From positions 3,348,001-3,412,000 of the forward strand of contig CM035353.1 in the NCBI GenBank assembly GCA_020137815.1: a stretch of 64,000 bases of DNA, in the 5' to 3' direction. The translations under genes and the position numbers were made by a program. The notes under the pieces were generated by a model. It was not told the DNA's origin, made no database searches, and saw nothing but the letters and a program-made list of their open reading frames with translations. This DNA is from Hormiphora californensis. Lineage: Eukaryota; Animalia; Ctenophora. The stretch's first letter is position 1; every line of letters begins with the position of its first letter. Positions 50,591 to 63,746 of this stretch are shown piece by piece.

Positions 50591-51340
50591 TTGGTGATAT
50601 AGACACCTGGCGCGACAGAGATTGGAGTCACACACAGGTGCCCGCTCCGCCCCAAAAAGGGTCGTTTCTTTCAAGGGATGTTGCAACTTGCACGCGATCC
50701 ACTGGACCGATTTGCATCCGGTTTGTCGCAAAAGACTGCAAACTGGTCATGGCCTAGTTTACTAGAAAATACCCGAGAAGTTTGTCTGTCAACAGGTAGT
50801 GGGTCAAAATTGACTCTGAAGTCAAATATAATACTGATGAATCTGACTTACGATAGTTTCTGCACTACGCCCATGCGATTTAGAAGATATTGGGAGATAT
50901 GTTGATGCAATTAGCATCAGAATTTGGTATCCAAGACACCTCACACTCTGACTCAGGCCGCTTCGCGCGCCGGCAAGGGAGGGGTAACTTCGTTACCAAC
51001 ATCAGAATTTGATGCCGGGTATTTTCCAGTACTCACAAGCCCTCAACCTATCTCCCAATATCGTCAGACTCAGTCTAAACCGCCTGGGAGTGGTGCAAAA
51101 AGGCTCAGAAGCCAGATTATAGATTTGACTTCAGTGTCAATTTTGACCCACTTCCTGTTGACAGACAAACTTCTCGGGTATTTTCCAGTAAACTAGGATC
51201 AATTTGTAGTCTTTTGCGACAAACCGGATGCAAATCGGTCCAGTGGATCGCGTGCAAAAAGCCTTGAAAGACACGACCCTTTTTTAGGGGCGGAGCCGAC
51301 ACCTGTGTGCGGGGGTCGCGCCAGGTGTCTATGTTACCAA
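50591..51340. mobile_element. Fold-back element with TTGGT...ACCAA ends
   Basis: ttggtgatatagacacctggcgcgac / gtcgcgccaggtgtctatgttaccaa with long inverted arms; contains mini-element 50924-50999. Confidence 0.75.
50924..50999. mobile_element. 76-bp TTGGT...ACCAA mini-element, 9-bp TSD
   Basis: TSD catcagaat (50915-23, 51000-08). Confidence 0.85.
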
Positions 51341-52644
51341 GGGTAAACTGGGGTAAAATGGTCCATTTTTTATCGTTTTAGGTTCTAAAATACGCAATTT
51401 ATACAGCAGGAAGAAAAAAATTATATAGGCTATCCAATGAAACGTTTTCCTTTCAGGGTCACCACACACCAAAGTTAAAATTAAAATTAAAATTTTGATT
51501 TTAAACCCGCACACACCAGCGGCCGTTAAAATTTCTCTCCCCATTCTAAAAGTAACAACCTCACGCGCGATTTTGACGGCGTGTTAAAATTTTGTCATCC
51601 AACGCGACCGTCAAAATCGTGCGTGAGATTGTTACTTTTAGAATGTGGAGAGAAATTTTAATGGCCGCTGGTGTGTGCGGGTTTAAAATCAAAATTTTAA
51701 TTTTAATTTTAACTTTGGTGTGTGGTGACCCTGAGACGAGCTAAATTTTAAAATCTGAAAGGTTTATTTAGTTGGTTAATTAATCAATTCGAAAAATTTG
51801 GTAGGGCTTTTTTTGGAAATTTTGCACTGGGGCAAAGTGGTCCCAGCCAATAGCACTGCTCGATTTTATCACGTGCCTGGTGTTGTTACTGTTAGAGCAG
51901 CGATCAAATTAGGGGCAAAGTGGTCCATGTTATCTTCAGCAATTTCTGTTCTGACAATTTAATCAACTTAATAGTGAGTTTTTTGAAAAACTTTTATACC
52001 AAGTTTTAGAAGGATAAAAAACCTAACTGGCAGTTTTTGCAAAATTAAAATCGACCAACTCAAACAGAAATTACAGCAGTTTTAAAGCAAAAATTCGGAA
52101 CAGGTCGAGTCTCCGCTGGAGAAAAAGTCACGTGACCACATGCAACTTGGACCGCTTGGCCCCATACATGTGCCACTTTGCCCCGTGGACCATTTTACCC
52201 TATAGTGAAACCGAATTCGGCCGAGTACTATGTAACCCGATCACGTGAACCAAAGCAAGACAAACTAAGGTAACCATGCATTGAGATTTGAGCTGTCAAC
52301 TCTCAATCTACGTCTCGATATCCACGGATATTCATTGTCATGGATATCCATCAATAGAAATGGATATAGTGAATTCTATCCATGGATATCCATTTTTGAG
52401 TGTGCAAGTATGACCGTGAACTTCATATTGAAGTGAGCTTACGCGAGCCCGAAGAAGACAGACTCCGTAGTATGGCAAGATTTTAGGTTCATTAGCCCCG
52501 GCGGCCCATGAATGTACCGTGTGGGGCAATAAAAAGTCTACCATAGTCCATAGTTCCAGATATCGTGGATTGCAAAAATTTGGTACATGTACCAGTTACT
52601 CTATGACTCATAGTATGAGACAAATAAATAACTTGGCCTAAATT

Positions 52645-53410
52645 AGGGCGCACACAGACTGTCCATGCGGGTAAGCGGTAAATACTCACTCGGTTCTTCA
52701 CATTTTTTGGACATTTTTGGCCATAACCCAGCCATTTTTTGACCAATTTGCAAAATCTTGGGCTCATTGGAAAGAGGACATTGAGACCTTTAAAATGAGC
52801 CCTAGAAAATGAAAATCGGCGCAAAATGCGCGGCGTTATGGCGTAAAATGCGCGTTTTCGCCATAGCGCCGCGCATTTTGCGCCGATTTTCATTTTCTAA
52901 AGCTCATTGGAAAGCTCTTAACGTCTTCTTTCCAATGAGCCCAAGATTTTGCAAATTGGTCAAGAAATGGCTGAGTTATGGCCAAAAACGTCCAAAAAAT
53001 GTGAAGAACCGAGTGAGTATTTACCGCTTACCGTCCATGCGTGATCATGTCCATTATTTTGACCAAGTCGCCAGCGTATCAAAATTAGTTGGGTTCAGTG
53101 GTTTTCGATATGTTAATATGTTATGAATTAGTTTCAGTTTTTACTCTCCAAGCTTGGTCAAATGATTTGTGCGACTTGGACAAATTACAAAATCTTGCCC
53201 ACATTATCATAAATATGATTATGGACATGGGCAAGATTTTGTCCAAGTCGCACAGACTGACAAAAATTGGTCATTTGACCAAGCTTGGAGAGTAAAAACT
53301 GAAACTAATTCATAACATATCGAAAACCACTGAACCCGACTAATTTTGATACGCTGGCGACTTGGTCAAAATAATGGACATGATCACGCATGGACAGTCT
53401 GTGCGCACCC
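52645..53410. mobile_element. TIR element built of two adjacent long palindromes
   Basis: Outer TIR gggcgcacacagactgtccatgcg / gcatggacagtctgtgcgcaccc; inner palindromes centred at ~52850 and ~53215. Confidence 0.75.
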
Positions 53411-53947
53411 TTTCAGACCTCGATCTAGCTCAAAATTCATTTCTTTGATAGGAATGAACACTTTTAGACGTCACAGAAAGAGTTTTCATTCTAGTAAAAT
53501 GGTTTGCTTGAGAACATACCGTAGAATTTTTACGGTTATAATATGTTCCCAAGCAAACGATTTTACACGACAATCTCGACAAATATTAAAATAAATATAT
53601 TGGGAAGAATGCAATGGGAAGCCAGCCGGGCAAGGAGAATCGAGAGTTGTCAGTGTTTTACTAAGTCTTATTACAGCCGATATTGTTGTGGTAGAAAAGG
53701 ATCTATTATATACATTTACACATATGTTACATATATTTCATACACGGTTTCTATTTCACATTGCATCGGTTTTAAAAACCCCTCACATTGTCTTTTTCAA
53801 TCTCTGGCATATAAAAATAACTGTCTCTGACAAACATTCCTTTATACATCATCGATGTGCACCTTTCGTAATTTCTTTAAATCTTTCGTTATCTGAAATA
53901 CAAGATGTTAATAGAATATACCACCATTTGCACGCTGAAGTTTCTCC

Positions 53948-54008
<61 letters not shown>

Positions 54009-54034
54009 TATACCCCCTCCCTCTCTCTCTTTAG

Positions 54035-54520
54035 TAGCTCTGACGAGGGTGAAGAAGAGTTGAGTATTGGACAGAGAAGGAGGGTGATAGATTGTGATGA
54101 TGAAGCTGGGGAGAATAAAGAGAATATTGAGTCGTATTTCCATAGCCGGAAAGGAGGCAACACTTCCAACAAAACACTTCATGACTTGCAGGTAAATGGG
54201 TGAATGGCTTTTTTGGGGCGCCGACCAAATCTTGGCGTCTAGCACCGCTAGGAATGAGACGGTTCAATTGAACCCCGATTCACCGGGCGAAATCATTTCT
54301 CCCGAGCACCCGGCCAGTAAATCGTGGTGTAACTTTATGAGGTTTATATGTTTGTCAGAACCCGTCTAAATCACCCGAATTCCCCTACTAGTTGGACGAG
54401 CTGGATCACAACAAGACCGTAAAGCTGCTGAGTAAGGTTAAGATCAAGTACTCTAAGGAGAAGACGGCCCTATTTGCTGATCACTGTCAGTACTTCCCTC
54501 AATGGCTCATCTACCTTCAG
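54035..54520 (+). CDS. ORC2: Origin recognition complex subunit 2, internal N-terminal exons (partial)
   Basis: Exons 54035-54191 and 54392-54520 give ...ENIESYFHSRKGGNTSNKTLHDLQ|LDELDHNKTVKLLSKVKIKYSKEKTALFADHCQYFPQWLIYLQ, matching the ORC2 'YF...TS..TL..L...LD...F..W...L' segment that precedes GFNxLLYGxGSK (recognised from memory). Confidence 0.75.
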
Positions 54521-54825
54521 GTAGATGTATCTTTATCTCTATAGAGATAAAGATACTACATCTGATTTAGTGGCACCCCGATTTAGTGGCAGGATTTTTT
54601 CCCCCGTGGGTGCCACTAAATCGGGGTCCGACTGTAGATATATCTACAGTCGGACCCCGATTTAGTGGCACCAACGGGGGAAAAAATCCTGCCACTAAAT
54701 CGGGGTGCCACTAAATCGGGTTCAAATAATGTTAATTTCTTATATAGCGGGGGAAAAAAATCCTGCCACTAAATCGGGGTGCCACTAAATCGGGGGCCAC
54801 TAAATCGGGGTCCGACTGTATATAC

Positions 54826-57800
54826 CTGATGTTCTCGGAGAAGGGCCTTGCTTTGGCTTTGAAGTTCTAGTTTGTGCTCCGTCAAAGCCTGACTCTTCCG
54901 AATGAGTGTTAGTAGCTCCTGAAAGATATTGATAAGAAGAGTATTAGTACTTAGTAGCTCCTGAAAGACATTGATAAGAAAAGCGTTATTGTAGCTCCTG
55001 AAAGACATTGATAAGAATTACGAAGACAACACTTTTAAAACTTAATTTTAGGTACGCTAAACTTACCAAGTTTAAAACTTAGATAAGTTATTTTAGGGTG
55101 CCTTGTATTTCGGTAATATAAGGTATATTTCATTTCTGAAATTCGACCACTTCAAAGATAAAGAATTACCTTTCGCAAGTGTTTATTTTCCTCGCTTATC
55201 TTCTGCGTGTGCTCCACCAGGCAAAGGACCGCCTCATCATTTGCCTTCTGTTTCATCTGGAAAACACTTAACTTTGCTAAATAATCACACACCTCCACAC
55301 ACACAAACATACACCGCGCCGCCATGGTATTTTAATACCATCACGAGTACCCCACGAGTACTTTTGGTAAACATACTTTCTTGGTACTTTCTGTTCTCTA
55401 TAACAATTTACCGGTGCTATCTTTACCATGTCAACTGATGGGTGATATAATTTACCTGTTTGATTTTCATTTCTGCTTCCTCCTCGTGGCATACTTTTTC
55501 TTTTAAAAAGTTGCTTTTCATTTGTTGGAGTGTTTCCGCGTGTTCGATCTTCAATCGCTCTACTTCAGCCTCGAGATGTTCTATCTCTCCCTCCTATTGA
55601 AATAGTACAATTAGGTATAGCACGTGCCGTTAGAAATTTCATCAAAGCTGCAACGGTGGAATATTTATCGAGAATGTTACTTTGGGGAAATGAGCCATTT
55701 AAATTCCTTTGGGGCAATGCCACGGCTCCAAAAGCTGACGTGTTTTTATTACCACTTCTTTAAAAACTTTTATGATATCATTTCGTATACCACAACGTGG
55801 TATAATTACCAGCGTATAAAAAGTTAGGAAATTATTGTATACGTCAATTAGATACGTGATAATTTCGATTTTCTATTTCTGACGATCCAATCATCCATTC
55901 CTTCGTCAATGCCGATGATTAGTATCGGTAACAAAACTAACATACGTGTATGGCATCCAATTTCGATTGAACCAGTGATTCTATATCAATGTTTCCCCAA
56001 TTAAGTTTCAGCAGAAAGTTCTACCGAATGCTTTCAGTGCAGTAGACACGCTTCATTAACACATTTCGCCACCATGAAGTACTTCCACCATCAATGCAGT
56101 TGCCATGTGTATGAAGACTGTACAAATAGTAAACCATTTTTTTGGCGTTATAGACCGGGGCAAATTTTTTTCACTGGATCGGTTCTAACCCCAATTTTAA
56201 AATAAGATGTATGTACAATGAAAAAAATTAAAATCATGTTTTTATTTTATCTTTCTAATGGTCTAGGGACCTTGATTTACCTGAACTTAAAATTTGGGTC
56301 GGCCATTTTTCATGAAATTTTCACCGAGGCAATTCGAATCACACCGTACCAGTAGTGCTTTATTTCGTCACGTGCGAATCACGTCCTAAGAGACCAACTT
56401 ACAGAGAGACATTGATCCAGAGTGCTCCCGTAATTTTTATTCTCACAACTATACTATCACCGCTTTGACATTCCAACCCGCTAACCATGACCAACATGAC
56501 AGTAGCTACCGAGATAGTTACCGAGATAATTCTATCCCCCCCCCCCCCGTAAATATTAGCTCTCTCAAGGGGTTATATCGTAAAGGGTTAACCAAATTGC
56601 CCTGGTCCACTAACCAAATTGCCCCGGTGTACTATACCAAATTGCCCCGGTTCGAATCGCCCCGATGGTTCGTATTGCCCCGGTGGCCTTAATTACCAGA
56701 ATTTAGAATAAAAACATGCGAAAATTTTAGTAATATTATTAGCTGTCAGCTAGTTTTCTCAAATCTGAAATTGGCCAACTTAAACCGGATCTAGAGCCGT
56801 TGAAGTCATAACGGGTAGGCTCGAACAAGCAGTTTTCTTCTGGAGATAGGATGACGTCATTATGATAGCTTAATGACAGACGGGCAGCACATGTTTCAAA
56901 TTGCCCCGGTGGTTCGAATTGCACCGGTTTACCCTATATGAAAGCATTGTCTTGTGCAGACAATTATAATAGTCAATACTTTCATAAATGAAAAACACAA
57001 CGGAAAGATCATGGAAGCACGCGGGAAAGAAGGGGTGGGGGGGGGGACGGCCAATAATTTATACAGCATAAATCATTGGAATGAAACAATTACCTGCTCA
57101 AGGCGAATGAGTCTGTATTCAGCGAGGTCCTGAAGGTCTCGTGTTGCTTGGGCATACTCCGCCTCCTTTGTGTCCAACATGTTGCTTAACTCGTTTTTAC
57201 GTTTCTATAGGGAGTAGGGTATTATGTGATATTATAGCGATTAATGATATATGTATTCTAGTTGTTGAAACAGCTTGAGAGCAGTTAAATATTTTAAAAT
57301 GGTGACTGAGTATCTTAAGTCAACCTTTATAATCTCTCCAACAAGAATACTGAGCTGATGAATAAGTTCATACTAACAGTGGTGAATGCTCTATCGCTCT
57401 ACAAGGTAATAGGAGTTTTAGAGTTGAAATCATTAACTTATCGCAAATTGATGGAATATTTATCATTTTTTCGTAGTCTGCAGTTGGTACTGAAATTACC
57501 CGCATAAGCTCACGGAGGGGCAATAATAGCGATTGCCGACGCCCTACATGTCTACAAAATGGTCATTTTGAGAAAGCATCTTAATTATTTATATAGAGGT
57601 GACTTCATAACCAATTACTCTGCAGGTGGTATTCGGTGTCAAAGTCCTGAACTTCCCCGGTCCATCCGATCTATCTACTGAGAACTACGTGATTTTAAAG
57701 GATGTAGAATTCCCGGAAACCCAGTCTGGTGTGAGCGTCTGTACTTGGATTAAAAAGTTCCTAGATTCGTCTTCTCCGCATGTCTTTTTCAGGTACAGTC

Positions 57801-60800
57801 GGACCCCGATTTAACGGCACCCTTGGGGAAAGGGTTTTGTCCGTTAAATCGGGGTGTCCGCTAAATCGGGGTCAAATACTGTCAATTTTCTATATCGGGG
57901 GAAGATTATGCTGCCGTTAAATCGGGGTGCCGCTAAATCGGGGTCCGACTGTAGTTATATGGTGGGACCCCTTATATTCTTATGGAGGCCATAGCAAGCT
58001 ATATACGGCAAGGCAACACGGAGAGTTCGTTACTAAGTGAACAATGAGTAGCAATATCCACCACGCCAGTGTCTGACTTCCCATATCTTATGATCATAAT
58101 TATTATTATAAATCTAGGTCTCTTTACCATTTTTTAATCCTAACGCAATTCACATTTGTTACCGCAAATCTAACATTTTCCCAGTTACGCTACAGCTCGG
58201 GATAACAATGAGATTGCCCTTCCGGATGATCTGGGATACGTTAATTCCAACTTTGGCTCCTCTCCAATCAAGACGTAGGTTACCTATTTAACTAATGAGT
58301 AATGCTTTAAATACATCTAGTATTTAGTGCAGTTTATAGGTGACCTCAGCTGAGAGATATCTTCTGAGCTATTTCAGGAGATATCTCTATATAACCATTC
58401 AATTGAATGGTTACTGGTCATACCAACTTTTAATTTGGCAGTTATATGATTTGATGGCTGCAGGGAGCTTTTAATTTCTTTCTTTCTGCCGTACGCATTT
58501 TCAATAATATCTAGCCATTCGTCAGAGAGATATAAATATATATAATATTATATAACAGATACAATGATGATCATGGTCACGCTGTCAAATGCGCTTATAA
58601 TCAGTGATCTAATTTGTTTATTCCGAACAAGGGATAGAAGAGTGTCCTTGTTATGTTCTAACCCTCCCTTTACATTTGTAACACAGTCTAGCCAGGCAAG
58701 AGTTTCCAGGGAATGCAATACTGGTAAAAACCCGATTGAGGGCTTACTCGGCCCGGGATGCCCGGGGCAGGAAAGAAATTTGCCCGGTAAAGTCGGATTT
58801 TTTGAAGTTGTCACCCCCAAATGACCGTGCATGTGAAATTTATCAATTTTGGCACGCACACCACACGTTAACATGTGATGTGACGCCCAAAAACATTCCG
58901 TGCACGAGAAGGGGGATGACAACTTCAAAAAATCCAACATTTAAACCAGGGTCCGACTGTATTATTAAATGGATATTTTTTTCAGGTGGTACCACTACTG
59001 TTTTGTATTAGATTTTGAAGATCATTTCCTTTCGGTCATTATTGATGGCATTCAGGTAATACTATACATACCACGTTCTCTTACTGTTTATTATTATAGA
59101 GACTTACGCTCCAGTTACAAAATTGAAATCGGACATCAGTTTCTCTGGACAGCACTGGTGAACCACCCTGCACGCGGCATTTTCACGTGATCGATGTGAA
59201 TTGCATTGAAAGTAGCGCGTCAGCACTCCAAAGAGAAACTGACACCAGTTTTCACTGAAAAGTGATACCAGGTTTCCATTTTGTAACTGGTCCCTAACAG
59301 AAGTGTTGCCCCTAAAAGATACTGGAATATGAGATTGAGAGTGAAGCATATTTAGAGGAGAGAGGAACACTTGTGTTGGGGCAGGATCAGGATTCTCCCG
59401 GCAATTCATTTGACCTTACTCAGGCTTTTGCTGGACAACTTTTCAACCTTAATGTTTTCAATGTGAGTACAGAGAACTTGGTCGAACGAGCCAGGCCTAA
59501 AAAACACCAAAAGCAACAATCCACACCATATAAATCAGTCAAGATGTGTATTCATTACACATTATATGTCGTAACCTAAAATGTACCTCAATAACCTCAA
59601 TAATAAATAAAGTCACCGCGTCACACCGCTCAAAGAGCTTGGTAGAGCGTCGGCTTAGTATCACCAACCAACCAACCAACCTCAATAACCTCATGCAAAT
59701 ATATCCATAATTTGTACAGAGAGCGCTAAGTTTGGATAAGGTGAGGTCGATGGCCTCTTGGAGATGCGCTAGAGGACATGATAACGACGGTTCTATTGTA
59801 TTGTCTTGGGGAGAAATCATTAACCAGGATACGCACGGAAAGGTCAGTTTTCATCTATCACCTTATGTTATTATTAGAGTGATTCATAATGATTTTTAAT
59901 TGCGATTTTTTGCTTCATGGTCATCGGGGCAATATAATTTTTATAGGACCTTGTTCCTGACACAATTTCGGTCTCCTAACATCTTTGGTAAAGATCTGAC
60001 GAACTTTTTTCCCAATGCTTCACCCAATTATCTAGTGTTTGACCATACTACCGTCTCATTTTCCAAAAAATTGTCAAAAGGCAAGCAAAAATTTTGGGAA
60101 ACGATCTATTTTGCTCATGAAGTAGTTCATTCTAAAGTCGGATTTTTTGAAGTTGTCACCCCCCTTTTGTCGCGCGGCGTCGTATTTGCGCGTGACAGCC
60201 CCCACTTGCTCTCATTTTTCGGCAAGGGTTGATGTATATTACAGTTTGAGTCAAAGTGTAATATACACCAACCCTTGATGATTGAGTCCCGTGTCGGAGA
60301 AAGTGTCACACTTTCTCCGACACGGGACTCAAGCACGGGGGTGTAGGTACTAGGTAGCCTCCAGAAGGTGGGGTGTGACTGTAATTTCTTTTTGTGTGCC
60401 TGAAAGTGCAAGAATCGATTAATCACCCTCCGCTAGCTTGATTAGTGCTTTGTCAACAAGCTATAGGGAGGAGGGAACGGTCCCTAATCGATTCTTTTAT
60501 TTTCAGGCACACAAAAAGAAATCACAGTCACACCCCACCTTCTGGAGGCTACCTACACCCCCGTGCTTGAGTCCCGTGTCGGAGAAAGTGTAATATACAA
60601 CAACCCTTGATGATTATTACATTATACCAAAACTAATTAAAATTAGTAGGCTGCCTTATTATTTGAGCTACCTTTGCCAATTTGACATTCACGGGATGCA
60701 GACAGGGTATAGATACTTCGTTTGTGTTCAAAAGTGAATGTAATGCTGTCAAAGGTAGTTCAAATAATAGGGAAATTTTCAATTAGTTTTGGTATAATAT

Positions 60801-62840
60801 ATGATTAGATGACTGGTTAAAATGGTCTATAATTACTATTTAGTGCACGAGGCCGAAGGCCGAGTGTTCTAAATACAACAATAATGAACCGAGACCGATA
60901 GGTCGAGGTAGATCCTTTTACTTAGTTGCCGAGCCTGCGAGGCACGCTAAGTGTAACTACTGAGCGAACCTGCGAGCTCTGTAGTTGTACTTTTGGGCCG
61001 AGCCTGCGAGGCCTAAAAGTGAAAGAATCTTTAACATTATTGTTGTGTAATAGAGCATGTAAAAGCAGCCATCTAATTTTATTAGATGATTTTGGAAACA
61101 AACTGAGTGAACGAGATAAAGATAAAGTGAGAGAAAGAGAATGTGTGTGAGTGAGTGAGAGAGAGATAGGGAAAGAGAGAATCGAAGGCAGAGAGGGAAA
61201 GCAGATGCAGAACGCTCATTGGGGTGGTGCCATCACGTGACAATCAGTGATCACGTGACCTATAGTTGCAGAGGGGAAGAAAAGATAAGGGTTAGGGCGT
61301 GTGCAGTATAGTGACGTAATGTTTACACTATGTGTGTGACTAGAAGGTGTCTAATTTTTCATATACCACTGCAACGGTATTTTACTTTATAATTACTAGT
61401 GTTTTGCAGTGGTCTAAACTCTAAGTTTTCACAGTGCACTGTAACCGGTGGTCTAAGTGGTTAGACCACCGGAAACGGTGCACTGTGAAAACTTAGATCA
61501 CCGGTCAAAATTGTCTAATTGGCATGATATCATTTTTTGTGCATTATATCGATGCAGATGTAGTGGAACTCGTCTAGACAGTTTGGAATCGCGAAACTAC
61601 GCGAAACTACGAAACAACTCTTATCTCTTTTCGTTCGGCCTTGGAATGTGGTTTACAAAAAGTATAACTCTCTAAAGAGTGCGTACACTGAATTTAGGAC
61701 AAATGGGACCACCCTGTAACTTCAGTCCCAGATGAGATAGAGACGTCTTGGCATTTTAAACTTGAGTCACAGACCCCAAGCCGGGTAATGGGTATACATT
61801 CCAAATTTCAAGGTAAACGGATAAAAAAGAGCAGCGCTATAGCCTTCTGAAATTTCTTTTTTCAGCCAAACATCCATAAAACGTATAACTACGTTTCTGG
61901 CAGCGCTTTTTTGCGGGGGGGGGAAACCTTTGTGCTTGCCAGCGCAGTGATATTGCCATACAAATTTGTTAGAACAAAATTAGATGAGTAACAAATATAC
62001 ATATAATCTAGGTAACTGTAATAAGGGAGGAATGTTTGGACGAACCTAGAGAAATCTCAGAAATACGATCCATGGTATCTAACCAGTCGGAGCTGAACAT
62101 CTTTGATAAATAATGGCGATTTTTAAAAAGAATCTGATACAGCTACAGAGGAATTTTCAAATGATAAAATATTGCCAAGCTGGTTTTTAAAGGTCAAAAT
62201 ACTTTTTTAAACCTTCGTTAAACTGAGAATGAAAAATGAACAATAAATTGAAATACACCACCATACCCTTGACACCTTCCGACTTTTGCCTCTTGCAATA
62301 TTGATGAAAAAATGAAGTTTGAATTGTCATGTAACAAAGTTTGAGCTAGTGCGACTAGTAAAATATATTGAAACTCCCTTACTAAAACAAGTGAGAGTGG
62401 GTTTGGAGGTTGGTATTGCGGGGTTTGTATCGGTTCTTTGGGTTTGGTCTGGCAGCATGATTCATGTTCTCAACTTATTGATGTCCTAATATATCTCACC
62501 TCGTATTGATCCACAATAACCTGACGATCCTTATTGATGTCCTAATATATCTCACCTCGTATTGATCCACGATAACCTGACGATCCTTATTGATGTCCTA
62601 ATATATCTCACCTCGTATTGATACACAATAACCTGACGATCCTTATTGATGTCCTAATATATCTCACCTCGTATTGATACACAATAACCTGACGATCCTT
62701 ATTGATGTCCTAATATATCTCACCTCGTATTGATCCACAATAATCTGACGATCCTTGTTGATGTCCTCCAACTCTTGAGAGTTCTTCTCATTTAATGCTG
62801 CAATGGTGCTCTGCCGTTTCTGCGTTTTCCTTGACATGTA
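54826..62840 (-). CDS. CCDC166: CCDC166-like (DUF4515) coiled-coil protein, five phase-0 exons (partial)
   Basis: Exons 62840-62724, 57204-57094, 55593-55456, 55256-55170 and 54918-54826, all AG/GT-bounded multiples of 3: YMSRKTQKRQ...LAEYRLIRLEQ|EGEIEHLEAE...EHAETLQQMKSNFLKEK...|...LVEHTQKISEENKHLRK|ELLTLIRKSQAL...LLREHQ. Confidence 0.7.
57626..59842 (+). CDS. Pentraxin-domain protein (nested antisense in the CCDC166-like intron)
   Basis: Exons 57626-57792, 58185-58274, 58986-59055, 59319-59462 and 59720-59842 join in phase: VSVCTWIK...FFSYATARDNNEI...WYHYCF...IIDG...GTLVLGQDQD...FAGQLFNLNVFN|RALS...C...VLSW. First exon not located. Confidence 0.9.
62475..62767. repeat. 56-bp tandem repeat (~5 units) spanning an exon/5' splice-site boundary
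   Basis: Units start at 62475, 62531, 62587, 62643, 62699 and 62755. Confidence 0.95.
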
Positions 62841-62968
62841 CTGAAAAAACAAGGCATGGATCAATATACAAGAAACCTAGGTATATTGTAGCTGAAGACT
62901 TGAAACATAGTGTTCTCGAAAGCTGAACTGTCAATTCTAATTGATTTAGTACTATTATATCGTTGTTT

Positions 62969-63132
62969 ATCTAATCTAACTATATCTAATGCAAATTTGC
63001 ACGGAAATGTGACACCCTATCGTCAATGTGACGACGTGATCCGTCAGTGTGACGACGTGATCATATTTCAGTGTTGCCTAATCCAACTACCATTTCACCG
63101 AAATTCGCCCGTAGGGCGAACGGGTTTGCTAG
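62969..63132 (+). mobile_element. Short non-autonomous Helitron-like element
   Basis: A|TC start; 3' hairpin cccgt-agggcga-acggg followed by CTAG|T. Confidence 0.5.
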
Positions 63133-63615
63133 TTTATCTAATCTATCTAATTGTTTACACAATTAACCCGGGTATGTAGCGGGAATGTAGCGACTAGCGG
63201 GTAGGGTTATTTGCTGTACTTTATATCGCCCGACATGTGAAGCAGGGAGGGTGGTTTATTGAATATAAACTTTAGAGACTAACACTTGCTTTTCATAGCG
63301 GGCGGGCGTTCATTAGAAAGGGATGATATAATGAGCCTTCTCATAGATCTACCCTTCTGAGAAGGGCCTTCTTTATCGCTAACGGTTTAACTACCTATCG
63401 TTAGGTTGTGAAACCGTTAGCGATATCTACTTTTAATACCAGTTAACCATTTTGTTAAGAGTTGTCGAACTGCTCAATTTACAAAGTGAGAGAGATTTCA
63501 GGTTTATCTAATTTACTTTTGGCATGGGAGCACCCCGTCTTTATTTTTAATTCAACAAGTTCTCTAGCTCATTTATCTGACCCATTTAACCCGTAATTTA
63601 ACTTACTCAGTCTAA

Positions 63616-63746
63616 CCCTACTAAAATATAGTTCGACGCGACGCGCGATCGATGAACGATCGATAAACGATCGATATCGATCGTTTATCGATCGTTTATC
63701 GATCGTTCATCGATCGCGCGTCGCGTCGAACTATATTTTAGTAGGG
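63616..63746. mobile_element. Palindromic MITE, CCC...GGG ends, 2-bp AA TSD
   Basis: aa|ccctactaaaatatagttcgacgcg...cgcgtcgaactatattttagtaggg|aa. Confidence 0.85.

Noticed and set aside
53451-53500. Possible upstream ORC2 exon GMNTFRRHRKSFHSSKM
   Set aside because: AG/GT-bounded and faintly ORC2-like, but short, with a weak donor and a phase that does not connect directly to exon 54035.
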